Origin: a candidate division WOR-3 bacterium
GTDB lineage: Bacteria; Hydrothermota; Tepidihabitantia; Tepidihabitantales; Tepidihabitantaceae
Reading direction: 5' to 3'
Length of the DNA stretch: 64,000 bases
Assembly (NCBI GenBank): GCA_965649165.1
Contig: CBFGJT010000003.1
Coordinates: forward strand, 30,826-94,825
The position numbers and the translations under genes are program-made. Below, piece by piece: positions 26,104 to 36,069 of the stretch (position 1 is its first letter; each line of letters starts with the position of its first letter). The notes under the pieces are model-generated. The model was not told the origin of the DNA and did not search any database. It saw nothing but the letters and a program-made list of their open reading frames with translations.

Positions 26104-28041
26104 ATGACAGCTAAAAACGTAATCATCGCGCTGGGTATCGTCTGTATCTTAAACGGGCTTAGCCTTGCAGATCCCGCACTGGGTGGCGGCAGAGGGTTGT
26201 TCCGGATACAGGATGCTAGGGTAGAAGAAGACGGTGCACTGGTATTTGCCAACCGCTGGATGTTCAATCGCAGCAATCTCGGTGACAATGTAGCGATGTA
26301 TAGAGGCCCTCTTTTCGGACTGGAAATGAACTACGCTCCATTCCCGTTCTGCGAATTCTTCGGCTCACTCGTGGGCATCGTTGATTTCCGCACCAACCCC
26401 AACTCCCTGTTCTACGACTGGCAGGGACAGGTTCTTGGTGCAAAGCTTGCGATTCCATTTATCCCTGTATTTAAACTTGCTGGCATCGGACAGTGGGTTA
26501 TGCCTAGGAGCAACTACACCTACCAGGAGTCAAATGGTTTCCTTGATCAGTTGTTTATGGATAAAAGCAACTGGCGGGCGATCGCAGCATTTCGTTTCTG
26601 GGAACTTTACAAAACCCTGCCTACACTGATGCTGAATTACGGCCGGACATTAGCTACACCCGCCCAGCAGTTTGCCGGCGTCGGCATTGAATTTTCATCC
26701 AGCGCTGTTGATCTGTTCGTAGAAGCCAGTTCCGAAACTGATGCGGATGCTGGATTCAATGCTTTAATCGGCAAGGACTACACTCCGAAGGCACGCATCA
26801 CCCCGGGTGTCCGCATCAAAATGGGGGTATTTCACCTGAATGGCGGAGTAGAATTTGGGTTGACAGATGCGGTCCCTGATTACGAAGCGCTGTTCGGAAT
26901 TACCTTCGTGTCGCCTTTTCCTAAACCACCGGAGCGCCCCTGGGGCAGACTCGTCGGCAAGGTTGAAGATGCCCGCACTGGCATGCCCCTGGCAGCCAAA
27001 ATCCGGTTCATCCGCAAACATCTACCCAGCCTTAAAACCGATCCAGAAAACGGCACCTTCTATCTGGAAAAACTGCCTGCCGGGGTAGTAATCGTCGAGG
27101 CTTCTAAAGAGGGCTATATACCAGAGGCAGTGCCGCTGGTAATTCCGGACAAAGGATATGCCTCATATACCTTCAGATTGAAACCGCTCGTTCCCTACGG
27201 CACGGTTTCCGGAAGGGTCTACGACACCTACAACGGTAAACCCCTGGAAGCGAAAATTTCGTTTGTCGCGACTAACATTCCTTCAGTCAAGTCCAATCCG
27301 CTTACCGGGTTTTTCCGCGCGGATAATGTCCCGGCCGGTCTCGTTGTCGTGCGCATAGAAAAGGAAGGTTATTTCCCGGAAGAAAGAGCGGTAGAGGTTG
27401 AAGATGGCAGTATTACCAAGCTAAATATCGGCCTCACTTCGCTGGAAATGAAGGGAACATTCAAAGCGAAGGTTGTTGACAAACAGACTGGAAAACCGCT
27501 CCTGGCAACCATCAGTTTTACCCTGGGCGAAAAACCATCCCTGACCACTGACAGCATAACAGGTCAATGCCAGACTGAACTTCCGGTCGGCAGCTATGAA
27601 GTAAAAATCGACGCCCCGGGATATGTGGTCCAGACTGTCAGCTTCAACATCACCAAGGGAGAAACAACGGAACGGACCTTTGAGCTGGTGTCTAAAGGGA
27701 TGATCTTACGACTCAAAGGTGTCTATTTTGAACTCGGGAAGGCAGCGCTTCGTCCGGAATCCTATCCCGCGTTGATGGAGGCGGCTCAGATTATGAAAGA
27801 CAACCCGGATATTGTTGTCGAAATTCACGGTCACACCTGCAGTATCGGATCTGAAGAATCCAACCGCATCCTGTCAGAAAAACGCGCATATGCCGTTATG
27901 AATTTCCTTGTCCAGTATGGTGGTATTGACCCAAAACGGCTCAGTGCTAAAGGATTTGGAGAATCACAGCCGATTGCATCTAACGATACCGAAGAGGGTC
28001 GCCAGCTCAACCGTCGGGTGGAATTTGTCATTGTGAAGTAA
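26104..28041 (+). CDS. OmpA-family outer membrane protein with carboxypeptidase-regulatory-like (CarboxypepD_reg) repeats
   Basis: Signal peptide. Three to four repeats of the type G.V.D..TG.PL.A.I.F. C-terminal OmpA domain ...GHTCSIGSEESNRILSEKRAYAVMNFL...NRRVEFVIVK. Confidence 0.85.
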   Translation: MTAKNVIIALGIVCILNGLSLADPALGGGRGLFRIQDARVEEDGALVFANRWMFNRSNLGDNVAMYRGPLFGLEMNYAPFPFCEFFGSLVGIVDFRTNPNSLFYDWQGQVLGAKLAIPFIPVFKLAGIGQWVMPRSNYTYQESNGFLDQLFMDKSNWRAIAAFRFWELYKTLPTLMLNYGRTLATPAQQFAGVGIEFSSSAVDLFVEASSETDADAGFNALIGKDYTPKARITPGVRIKMGVFHLNGGVEFGLTDAVPDYEALFGITFVSPFPKPPERPWGRLVGKVEDARTGMPLAAKIRFIRKHLPSLKTDPENGTFYLEKLPAGVVIVEASKEGYIPEAVPLVIPDKGYASYTFRLKPLVPYGTVSGRVYDTYNGKPLEAKISFVATNIPSVKSNPLTGFFRADNVPAGLVVVRIEKEGYFPEERAVEVEDGSITKLNIGLTSLEMKGTFKAKVVDKQTGKPLLATISFTLGEKPSLTTDSITGQCQTELPVGSYEVKIDAPGYVVQTVSFNITKGETTERTFELVSKGMILRLKGVYFELGKAALRPESYPALMEAAQIMKDNPDIVVEIHGHTCSIGSEESNRILSEKRAYAVMNFLVQYGGIDPKRLSAKGFGESQPIASNDTEEGRQLNRRVEFVIVK

Positions 28042-28050
28042 TACTGACGA

Positions 28051-28090
28051 AAAAAAGAGGGCGGGGACGAGCACTCGTCCCCGCCTTTAA
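28051..28090. terminator. Bidirectional rho-independent terminator between convergent ompA-family and pilD genes
   Basis: 11-bp GC-rich stem GGCGGGGACGA/TCGTCCCCGCC (28060..28070 / 28075..28085) with a 4-nt loop. An A6 run precedes it, giving a T-run on the minus strand, and TTT follows it. Confidence 0.8.
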
Positions 28091-28092
28091 TT

Positions 28093-28890
28093 TCACGGCA
28101 TCATCAGCTTCAGATACCAGTCAAAAATCTCCCTCCCTGCGAACAGCCCAACCACACCACCCAGCGCCAGAAACGGTCCGAACGGCACCTCCTGACCTTT
28201 CTTCAGCCGGCCAATAATTCTCCCGGCAAGACCGAAGATCGCGCCAGTAACTACCGCCACTGCCAGTGCCACAATCATACCCTTTCCACCTGCAAAAGTC
28301 CCGATCATTGCGGCAAACGGCAGATCACCCCAGCCCATCGCCTCCCTTTGCCTCACCCCCATGCGGGAAAATGGCCGGGCCAGCACAAACCGCCACAACG
28401 CCCAAGCAAAAAAGACAAAGCCGGCTCCGATTACCGCGCCCCAAAATGCTTCTTTAATCGTGACCCGAAACATCGGAATCAGAGCAGTCACCAGCCCTAC
28501 GATTAACCCGGCAAATGACAGCTCGACCGGCAGGATCTTGTGGTCAAAATCGATACCGGCAAGTACAATGAGCAAGCTGATAAAAATTAGAACACGTGCA
28601 AGTTGCCAAGAAAAACCGAACCTGGCATAACTGACGAGAAAGAGCAGGGCGGTAATACCTTCAATCAGCGGGTACCGGAGCGAGATCGGCTGATGGCAAT
28701 CCCGGCATCTGCCCCGTAATATCAGATAGCTGATAATCGGAATATTATCGTAAGCCCGGATTCGTTTCTTACAGCGGGGGCAGTGTGACGGCGGGTAGCT
28801 GATTGATTGCCCCCTGGGGATACGCCAGATACAAACATTGAAAAAACTGCCCAGAATCAGCCCTAGCAACCCGATAATGACCCAGTTCAC
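28093..28890 (-). CDS. pilD: Prepilin peptidase / N-methyltransferase (A24 family)
   Basis: FFNVCIWRIP..CPRCKKRI..YLILRGRCRDCHQPISLRYPLIE zinc-finger region followed by a polytopic peptidase domain. Confidence 0.9.
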   Translation of the reverse strand: MNWVIIGLLGLILGSFFNVCIWRIPRGQSISYPPSHCPRCKKRIRAYDNIPIISYLILRGRCRDCHQPISLRYPLIEGITALLFLVSYARFGFSWQLARVLIFISLLIVLAGIDFDHKILPVELSFAGLIVGLVTALIPMFRVTIKEAFWGAVIGAGFVFFAWALWRFVLARPFSRMGVRQREAMGWGDLPFAAMIGTFAGGKGMIVALAVAVVTGAIFGLAGRIIGRLKKGQEVPFGPFLALGGVVGLFAGREIFDWYLKLMMP

Positions 28891-30023
28891 TGCCCCTTGG
28901 GTCCCGGTGCAGAAACCGGCGCCTCCGTTGGCGAGAACATCTTTTTGTCGTTTGCTGCCGCATAAGCCACTTCTGGAGAAATCAACCCTTTCTTAAGTAG
29001 CAACTCAAGACTCTGATCCATGGTCTGCATCCCGTATTGCGAACCGGTCTGCACCAGAGAAGGAATCTGATGAACCTTCGCCTCCCGGATCAAATTCTTG
29101 ATTGCCGGTGTCGCGATCAACACCTCCATTGCTGCTACCCGCCCCCGGCCATCCTTGCGCGGCAAAAGCGTCTGGGAAATAATACCGCGGATGACACTAG
29201 CAAATATCTGGCGGATATACTCCTGCTGATCTGCTGGGAAGACATCAATCACCCGATCCACCGTTTCTGCTACGCTTTTAGTATGAAGTGTCGAAAGCAC
29301 GAGATGGCCGGTTTCCGCGGCGGTCAACGCCAGACTGATCGTTTCCAGATCTCGCATCTCCCCGACCAGTATTACATCCGGGTCTTCACGGAGGCAGGCA
29401 CGGAGTGCCGAAGCAAACGAACGGGAATGGGTATCGATCTCCCGTTGACTGATCAGACAGTTCCGGGGACGAAAGATATACTCAATCGGATCCTCAATCG
29501 TAATAATTCGAACCGCCTGTTCCTGATCTATCAAGTCAATCATACTCGCCAGCGTCGTAGATTTGCCACATCCTGTCGGACCGGTCACCAGCACAAGCCC
29601 GGAGTGTGATCGCGCCAGTTCCGCGACTGATGGCGGTGCTGGCAATTCCTCTAAAGTCCTGATTTTCGCCGGAATTATCCGGAAAGCGGCACCGATTCCG
29701 TTCAGGTCCAGAAACACATTCACGCGGGCACGAACCCGTTCCGGAGTTGTATATTCAAGTGTCAGCGCTTCCGCTACCAGCCGTTGAGTAGCAGCACCCC
29801 AAGTGTAAGAAAGGTCAATCTCCTTCTTGCTCTTTACCGCCTGCTTCTGTTCCTCAGTGAGAATAGAAGAGACCAGCGCTTCCGCATCATCTGCAGTCAG
29901 CGCCGGCCCTGGAATTTTTTTTAAACGGCCGTTAACCCGGATGATCGGTGGGTTACCGGCTGTTATATGAAGATCTGAGGCACCATATTTAGCTGCATAC
30001 CTCAGCAGTTCATCAATGTTCAT
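28887..30023 (-). CDS. pilT: Type IV pilus retraction ATPase PilT-like
   Basis: ASDLHITAGNPPIIRVNG, Walker A GPTGCGKST, REDPDVILVGEMRD, TGHLVLSTLHT and AIKNLIRE all match PilT. There is a ~20-aa insertion in the N-terminal domain. Confidence 0.9.
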   Translation of the reverse strand: MNIDELLRYAAKYGASDLHITAGNPPIIRVNGRLKKIPGPALTADDAEALVSSILTEEQKQAVKSKKEIDLSYTWGAATQRLVAEALTLEYTTPERVRARVNVFLDLNGIGAAFRIIPAKIRTLEELPAPPSVAELARSHSGLVLVTGPTGCGKSTTLASMIDLIDQEQAVRIITIEDPIEYIFRPRNCLISQREIDTHSRSFASALRACLREDPDVILVGEMRDLETISLALTAAETGHLVLSTLHTKSVAETVDRVIDVFPADQQEYIRQIFASVIRGIISQTLLPRKDGRGRVAAMEVLIATPAIKNLIREAKVHQIPSLVQTGSQYGMQTMDQSLELLLKKGLISPEVAYAAANDKKMFSPTEAPVSAPGPKGQ

Positions 30024-30074
30024 CGTTCGGTGGTCACTGCTCCTGCCTTTTACTTTTTAGACCACCTACCTTTT

Positions 30075-31670
30075 TTATCCCTCCGAATTAATGATATGTG
30101 GAATTATGAAAATCATCAAATCGCTTTTTGTCCGCTCCACTGAAGTCTTCTTGAACAGATGACCTAAAATGGGAATATCACCCAGCAACGGAATTTTGCC
30201 GACGCTACGCGTCTCATCCTCTCGCACAAGTCCGCCAATAACTATAACTTCATCCTCAGCAACCTTAACCTGAGTCTCTGCCTCACGCCGGGCAACAATC
30301 GGCTGCCGGTCATCGGCCGAACCTACCCAGCCGGTAATTGCTTCAACCGAGGGACGGACATGCATGGTGATCATACCGTCAGAGGTCACATGGGGTGTCA
30401 CCTCCAGTTTGATCGGAATGGAGCGCGTCTTCCAGGTGTAGGTAATTTCTCCCGTATTGGGGTCTTTATGTACCTCCCGGATCGGAACATCGATTCCCAT
30501 ACTTACGCTTGCCGGCTGATTGTCGAGAGTCAGAGTTCTCGGATTAGCCAGCACCCGCGAACGCCCACGCGAACTCAGCACTTCCAGCGCCGCACTGAAC
30601 CGGGCAAAAGAAATCTTTCCGAAAAGCATCTCTTTAACAATAACCGGAATCGCTACCTCTTCGCCGATTTTCGGCAGTTCAGTTCCAAACGAAGCTACCG
30701 GTGTCCAGTCAATACCCCACCGATCCTCAGCCGAATGGGTTGTTTCAATAAACTTTGCTTCAATTGCAATCTGCGGTACCGGCCGGTCAAGCTCGGCGAT
30801 GATCTTTGCCACCTCATCCAGTGCCTCGGGTACATCAGAAACCACCAGCAGGGCACTGCGTGTTGCCGCACCCGCCTGGGTCCCGACGCGCCGATATCCC
30901 GGTACGGCCTCTCCGACCGGCGAAAGCACCTTTTTGATCGCTTTTAATGCATCTTCAGCCTCCACATAATCCAGATTGAACACCCTCGTCTGGAGCTCCC
31001 CGTACATCTCCTTCTTGACCGGCTTGACAATCAACACTCCACTCCGGTCTTCAACGATATTGCAGCCCGCTGCCTTGACCAGCGCCTCCAAACCCGCCCG
31101 CAGCGGCACCTCATTCAACCGAACGCTCACAATCGACTTTACATCCTGGGTGATCATCAGGTTGAGGTCAAACTGCCGTGCCAGCATCCGTAATACACTC
31201 GTCACCTCAGCATCCTGAACCAGCAGTGTCAGCGGTGGTTTGCCGCTGAACTGGTCTTCGGGTTCCGCCGCTGGCGGAGGTGGCAATGGCTGGGTTCCGA
31301 GGCTGATAGTAATAACGCCATTTTCATTAGTAATCCGGTGCCGGACCAGCTGCCGGAGCGAAACTGTCACTCGAACACCGCTCGTTGCCTCACTCGGTTT
31401 CACAGTAACCGCAGTTACGGGATAATAGCTTGAGCTGATCCGCTCCTGCGCAAGCTGCGAAACTCCGTCCATGACATCAACGATGACTGCCGGCGGCTGC
31501 TGAGATACAAACGAACTGATATTCGGAGTTCCGCTACAGGCAATTGTTACCCGCACTTCATCCAGGAGCTTGTCGATTGCCACATCCTTGACCGCTACCT
31601 GTGCCTGTGCCGTAGACAGGACACTCAGAAACAAAAATACTGGCAAAAATATGGTTACTTTTTTATTCAT
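30075..31670 (-). CDS. pilQ: Type IV pilus secretin with N-terminal AMIN domain
   Basis: Signal peptide and AMIN-like N-domain. Secretin C-domain ...VIVIGGLVRED..GKIPLLGDIPILGHLFK....DLMIFIIPHI. Confidence 0.85.
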   Translation of the reverse strand: MNKKVTIFLPVFLFLSVLSTAQAQVAVKDVAIDKLLDEVRVTIACSGTPNISSFVSQQPPAVIVDVMDGVSQLAQERISSSYYPVTAVTVKPSEATSGVRVTVSLRQLVRHRITNENGVITISLGTQPLPPPPAAEPEDQFSGKPPLTLLVQDAEVTSVLRMLARQFDLNLMITQDVKSIVSVRLNEVPLRAGLEALVKAAGCNIVEDRSGVLIVKPVKKEMYGELQTRVFNLDYVEAEDALKAIKKVLSPVGEAVPGYRRVGTQAGAATRSALLVVSDVPEALDEVAKIIAELDRPVPQIAIEAKFIETTHSAEDRWGIDWTPVASFGTELPKIGEEVAIPVIVKEMLFGKISFARFSAALEVLSSRGRSRVLANPRTLTLDNQPASVSMGIDVPIREVHKDPNTGEITYTWKTRSIPIKLEVTPHVTSDGMITMHVRPSVEAITGWVGSADDRQPIVARREAETQVKVAEDEVIVIGGLVREDETRSVGKIPLLGDIPILGHLFKKTSVERTKSDLMIFIIPHIINSEG

Positions 31671-31673
31671 GAT

Positions 31674-32129
31674 TTACTCCCCCAGTATCAAAGTAAATGT
31701 CCTTCCACCCTGTTCCAGAGTTACTCTGTCCTGCGCAATGCTTACGACTCGTTTACCGCTGATCTGATCGCCAACCTGAACGATTTGATCATTTATCAAC
31801 GCACTTGCCCCATCACTGGTAACTGTGATCGCCCGCAGATTCAGATTGGCAACCTCGCTCATCAGCATCCAGTCACGGACAAAGGGATCACTCCCCCAGA
31901 CAATCGGCTCCGCAACAGCCGATTGAGTCCTTTCTTGGACAAGCGATGCCGCGGCCTCCTGCACCGCCGACTTTAACTGCGCAGCCTTACCCCGAACCGT
32001 TTGTGTCACCTCGGTGGTTGCTGCACTGGTAATAACCCGAGGTTCCACTTCCGGTCTTGAACGGGTAAGGGTAAATACCGCCAGCACCGCTACTGCCAAA
32101 CCTAAAATTACCAGTAATCTCTGTCTCAA
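31674..32129 (-). CDS. PilP/GspC-like small periplasmic pilus-assembly protein (tentative)
   Basis: N-terminal TM helix. C-terminal ALINDQIVQVGDQISGKRVVSIAQDRVTLEQGGRTFTLILGE beta-domain motif. Position between pilO and pilQ. Confidence 0.45.
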   Translation of the reverse strand: MRQRLLVILGLAVAVLAVFTLTRSRPEVEPRVITSAATTEVTQTVRGKAAQLKSAVQEAAASLVQERTQSAVAEPIVWGSDPFVRDWMLMSEVANLNLRAITVTSDGASALINDQIVQVGDQISGKRVVSIAQDRVTLEQGGRTFTLILGE

Positions 32130-32165
32130 GGTGCTCCTTTCTTTTTTAAAATAGCCAACATTAAT

Positions 32166-32723
32166 TTAGCTTCTCCTTCGCTGGGTAAAATAACTTGGTG
32201 GCAGCAGGCTTTCTCCCACGCGAATTGTAGTTCGCCGACCAAACGCCTCGACCTCAATCCGGTCGGTGCCGATGGCAACAATCTTACGCCCCATTACTAC
32301 ATCCCCGACCCGGACTCGACGGTTATCAATTAGAGCGTAACTGTCATCCCCGAGGGCAACAATCGCCTTGACCACATAGTAAGTTCCCTTCCGGCTTGCC
32401 ACTTTCCGTCTCCCCCGACGGCTGCGTGCATATTTCAGCATCCGGCGCCGCTCCCGCTCCTGCCTTTTCAACTCCCGTTTCCGCTTGCGCTCCTCAGCCC
32501 GCAGCCGCTTGCGCTCGGCAGCGCGCTCCTCCTTTGTTTTTGCCTTCAACCGCCCCGCTGTCCTGCCCTGAGCTGCGGTACTCCGCTGGCCAGAGGGGGA
32601 AATTGAATCGGACCGAGCGGCTTTGCGGCTGGGACGAGCAGCAGGACTGGACTTCCTGAAGAGCAAAACACCCCCTACCACTACCACCGCCGCAACAATC
32701 AGAACCAGAATAATCCGTCTCAC
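32166..32723 (-). CDS. Second PilP/GspC-like protein with a highly charged K/R/E linker (tentative)
   Basis: TM helix. RAAERKRLRAEERKRKRELKRQERERRR segment. C-terminal ALIDNRRVRVGDVVMGRKIVAIGTDRIEVEAFGRRTTIRVGE is paralogous to the downstream gene. Confidence 0.4.
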   Translation of the reverse strand: MRRIILVLIVAAVVVVGGVLLFRKSSPAARPSRKAARSDSISPSGQRSTAAQGRTAGRLKAKTKEERAAERKRLRAEERKRKRELKRQERERRRMLKYARSRRGRRKVASRKGTYYVVKAIVALGDDSYALIDNRRVRVGDVVMGRKIVAIGTDRIEVEAFGRRTTIRVGESLLPPSYFTQRRRS

Positions 32724-33295
32724 AAATCACCCCTGCCCGCAAGACTTGAGGCGTAAATATTCACCAGCAGTTTTGCCTCTACCTCGGGTCGAATATCCTC
32801 ACGGGCATTGAAATCGAAATCCGGCACCCGGACAAAATAAGGATAATCGCCCAGACTCTCAACAAACCTGCCGATATCCAGATACCGACCCTGAACCGTT
32901 ACCATAAACGGCACCGGCCTGACTTGGGCACTTGGACCTTCCTCCTGCAACAAGGTATCCAACCCAGGTGGTCTGATTTCAAGAAAATGGACGCGCTTTG
33001 CTTCGGCCTCCCGAGCGAGACCACGGAAGAGACTGAGCATCTGAGAACGGGGCACTACCCTTGCCCAGATTCCGCTGATCTCTGTCTCCAGCTGCTCCTT
33101 GCGTTGGCGCAGCTTGGGCATCTGGGCAATTCGCGCTCTGGTCTCATCCAGCTGCTTCTGCAGCTCCCGGATTTCCGTCACAGTCTTCTGTCTTGCCCGA
33201 ATCCTGGGTTGATAGAGCAGAAACCATGCTCCCACGCCGAGCACCACATAGATTATCAGACCGATCAGAACTACCCTTCTTTCAAATAGATTCAT
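32720..33295 (-). CDS. pilO: Type IV pilus assembly protein PilO-like
   Basis: TM helix, coiled coil, then ferredoxin-like C-domain (...VTVQGRYLDIGRFVESL...). Operon position after pilMN. Confidence 0.65.
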   Translation of the reverse strand: MNLFERRVVLIGLIIYVVLGVGAWFLLYQPRIRARQKTVTEIRELQKQLDETRARIAQMPKLRQRKEQLETEISGIWARVVPRSQMLSLFRGLAREAEAKRVHFLEIRPPGLDTLLQEEGPSAQVRPVPFMVTVQGRYLDIGRFVESLGDYPYFVRVPDFDFNAREDIRPEVEAKLLVNIYASSLAGRGDL

Positions 33296-33298
33296 ATG

Positions 33299-34903
33299 CT
33301 ACTCCGTCACACATTGAATTTCAAACTCCAGCACCGTCTCACCTTGGAGACTGCTGCGGTTCTTGGAAACGAGCTGTACCTGTTTGAATGATGGACTGCG
33401 CTCCAGGTCGATTAGAAACTGTGCCAGGTCAACATCAAGCAGATGGGGCTCGCCGCTTACTACTCCGGTCAGTTTCACATTTGTCCGGTTTGTCAGTGTG
33501 AAAGTGTTCAGCTGGATGTTCTGAGGTACAATGGTGGAGACCTTCGCCATCACTGGCACCGCTGGCATCACTTCCCCCACAACACTGGTCAGCGCCTTTT
33601 GCCTTGCCTCCAGCTCTGAAATTTCCTTCTCCAGCTCAAAGTAGTTCCGATTCTGCTCTTCAGTTGCCTTGATTTCATTTCTGAGCCGTGACACCTGCCC
33701 CTTGGAAATACCCGACCAACCGGCAACGACTATGTAACCGACGATCAGAACCCCCACCCAGAGAATGCCGCCGAGCGTCATCATCCTGATATCCCGGGCA
33801 ACAAACTTGCCCGTCTTCATCTCCACCGGCAGCAGGTCGACCGCGGTATGATCATAATACAGACCGAGTGCCGCAACCAGCCGATAACCGATTTCCTCCT
33901 GAGGAGGTGTTCCAGGGCGATAAAGACCGAAGTCCTTGAACGGATCAAAAATCTCCGTCGGAATCCCCAAGCTCGTCTGCAGATATTCCCGCAACCCCTT
34001 CAGTGCAGCTGTACCACCACAGATGAGCAACCGATCCACCTTCTGTTCGCCAAATTCACGACGGTAGAAATCGATTGAACGGTTAATTTCCGCCACAAAC
34101 CGTTCCAGCGCCGGACGCTGGAGCGTTGCCAGACGCTTGACCATAATTCCGGAAGGCAGCCGCTCCGTGGAATCCTCAGGGGGAATTCCGTACTTGCGCT
34201 TGAGCTCCTCAGCATCATAGGCGTCCAGCGCCAGCTGTCCTTCCTCGGTGGTAATTGCAACCGTCATTGCCTCGGTAATCGCATTGCCAGCAGTTGTCAC
34301 CGTGCGCGCCAGGTCCAGCCGTTCACCTTTCATAAAAATAATATCGGTAAACTCGGCACCGATATCCAGCAGACAGATAACCTCATCCGGGCGAACCCGG
34401 CCGTACTTCTTTACCGCTGCCTGCAGTGCAAACGGAATGACACTGATTGATGAAGGTTCCAGTCCCGCTTTGCGCAGTGTCGAGATATGGTCGGAAACAA
34501 TGTCCTTGCGCGCGGCGATGACCATCACATTGTCCTTGATCGCTCCCGCCTCACGCACCGGACCAAGGGTCTTGAAGTCAAAAATGGCTTCATCGAGCGT
34601 AAATGGTGAGTACTTGTCCAGCCGCAGCAGAATCGCATCCTTTAACTCACGCCGGTTCATCTTGGGGAATGGCGCCTGACGAACACTCACCGATGGACCG
34701 GATACAAAAGTGTAAACCTCGCGCGGCTTGTAGTCCTTGATCAACTCCCGGAGAATTGAGGGCACGTCAAACGCTTCGCCGATTTCCTTCAGTCCGTAAT
34801 CGACGATCCTGCCACCCTCAACCTTGACAAATTTAACTGAATTCGAACCGATATCAATACAGAGGGTGCCCTTACCACCCCCGCCAAAGACTTTAGACGC
34901 CAA
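33299..34903 (-). CDS. pilM: PilM-PilN fusion protein
   Basis: Actin-like ATPase PilM region (LCIDIGSNSVKFV, LLDIGAEFTDI, LLICGGTAALKGL). Followed by a TM helix (MMTLGGILWVGVLIVGYIVVAGW), a coiled coil and a PilN-like C-domain. Confidence 0.8.
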   Translation of the reverse strand: MASKVFGGGGKGTLCIDIGSNSVKFVKVEGGRIVDYGLKEIGEAFDVPSILRELIKDYKPREVYTFVSGPSVSVRQAPFPKMNRRELKDAILLRLDKYSPFTLDEAIFDFKTLGPVREAGAIKDNVMVIAARKDIVSDHISTLRKAGLEPSSISVIPFALQAAVKKYGRVRPDEVICLLDIGAEFTDIIFMKGERLDLARTVTTAGNAITEAMTVAITTEEGQLALDAYDAEELKRKYGIPPEDSTERLPSGIMVKRLATLQRPALERFVAEINRSIDFYRREFGEQKVDRLLICGGTAALKGLREYLQTSLGIPTEIFDPFKDFGLYRPGTPPQEEIGYRLVAALGLYYDHTAVDLLPVEMKTGKFVARDIRMMTLGGILWVGVLIVGYIVVAGWSGISKGQVSRLRNEIKATEEQNRNYFELEKEISELEARQKALTSVVGEVMPAVPVMAKVSTIVPQNIQLNTFTLTNRTNVKLTGVVSGEPHLLDVDLAQFLIDLERSPSFKQVQLVSKNRSSLQGETVLEFEIQCVTE

Positions 34904-34926
34904 TTTGCCTCCTTATGTCCAGAAAT

Positions 34927-36069
34927 TTACCGCGGTCGGACACTGAATTCCGAACCATCGTTAAACCTCAGCCGGAAAAGTTGATTGTATATGTTACTCG
35001 TATCCCCGCCGGTCGGGGTTTTGGAAAAATTGTAAAAACTGAATTCAACCACTTCCTCGCCATTAGGTGAAATCACAAATGGTCCGGGCATGATAATCAG
35101 AGAATCACCTTTGCCGACGCCTGGATTATACTCCCATTGCCGCTGTTCGTGATTGCGAATATAAAGCCATCGCATATAGGCGCTGTCCGGTGCCTCAATG
35201 AAACTGATCGTCCGGACCGTATCCGGAACTTCCCCCGGGTTTACGATCCAAATGGTAAATCCCGAACTGTCACCGGAAATTCTCGGCGTCCCGACCATCT
35301 GCAGATAATTTCGAAACAGGTGGCTGAAACGAAAATCAATCACCGTCCGGCTCCGCGGTACCACCGTCACCCACTTAACAATCGAATCACCGCCGGGCCG
35401 ACGGGCAATGATTTTGTGATTGCCAATCGGAATGCCACCCTGTACCGTTGCCGGCGTGAATTCGTAATAACCACCGGCATCGGGTCGGGTAAAAAATGTA
35501 GTCCCGTTCGGCAGATAAAGGTAGATACCGACTGTTGCCGCCTTATCGCCCGGCGGATTGTTATTGGCATCGGTAACAGTGCCGATAATACTGTTGTTTG
35601 TAAGGTGAACAACTGAATCCACGACCCTGATGGTCATCGGATACTTCCCGTTGCCGATTGTGGCAATTGTACCGGTGGTGGGATTATAAGTATACGGGTT
35701 ACCCCAGGCATCGTAGCGGTAACCAACACTGTCCTGCAAAAACTCCCGCCGCAGGTAAGGACCGCGCCAGTTGGGAGAATTACTCGTGTTTTCCACCAAC
35801 TCGCGCAGGTCATTCGGCAATCGCATCATATCGCCATAAAATCCGAAATCAACCCGATGACCATTAGCAGTGATCTCCGGATTGCCCACCATCGCATGGG
35901 ACAGCTCCCGCATCTCCTTCAGCGTCTGATCAAACAGCGACCGATCCCGGGTGGCATCGATCGTCCGGATTGCGACCGTGCTCAGAATTCCGATGATCAA
36001 CAACACCACCAGCAACTCCATCAGGGTAAACCCATGTGCCTTGACTTGACTTCTCATTTTCCACCTCAC
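34927..36069 (-). CDS. GspG-like pseudopilin/minor pilin with large C-terminal extension
   Basis: Prepilin signal ...KAHG|FTLMELLVVLLIIGIL. GNPEI..G..VDFGFYGDMMRLP..WRGPYL...YDAWGNPYTY. Alternative start at 36057. Confidence 0.75.
   Translation of the reverse strand: MRWKMRSQVKAHGFTLMELLVVLLIIGILSTVAIRTIDATRDRSLFDQTLKEMRELSHAMVGNPEITANGHRVDFGFYGDMMRLPNDLRELVENTSNSPNWRGPYLRREFLQDSVGYRYDAWGNPYTYNPTTGTIATIGNGKYPMTIRVVDSVVHLTNNSIIGTVTDANNNPPGDKAATVGIYLYLPNGTTFFTRPDAGGYYEFTPATVQGGIPIGNHKIIARRPGGDSIVKWVTVVPRSRTVIDFRFSHLFRNYLQMVGTPRISGDSSGFTIWIVNPGEVPDTVRTISFIEAPDSAYMRWLYIRNHEQRQWEYNPGVGKGDSLIIMPGPFVISPNGEEVVEFSFYNFSKTPTGGDTSNIYNQLFRLRFNDGSEFSVRPR

Noticed and set aside
29037-29609. 190-aa plus-strand ORF
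   Set aside because: It is antisense to pilT and has no motifs.
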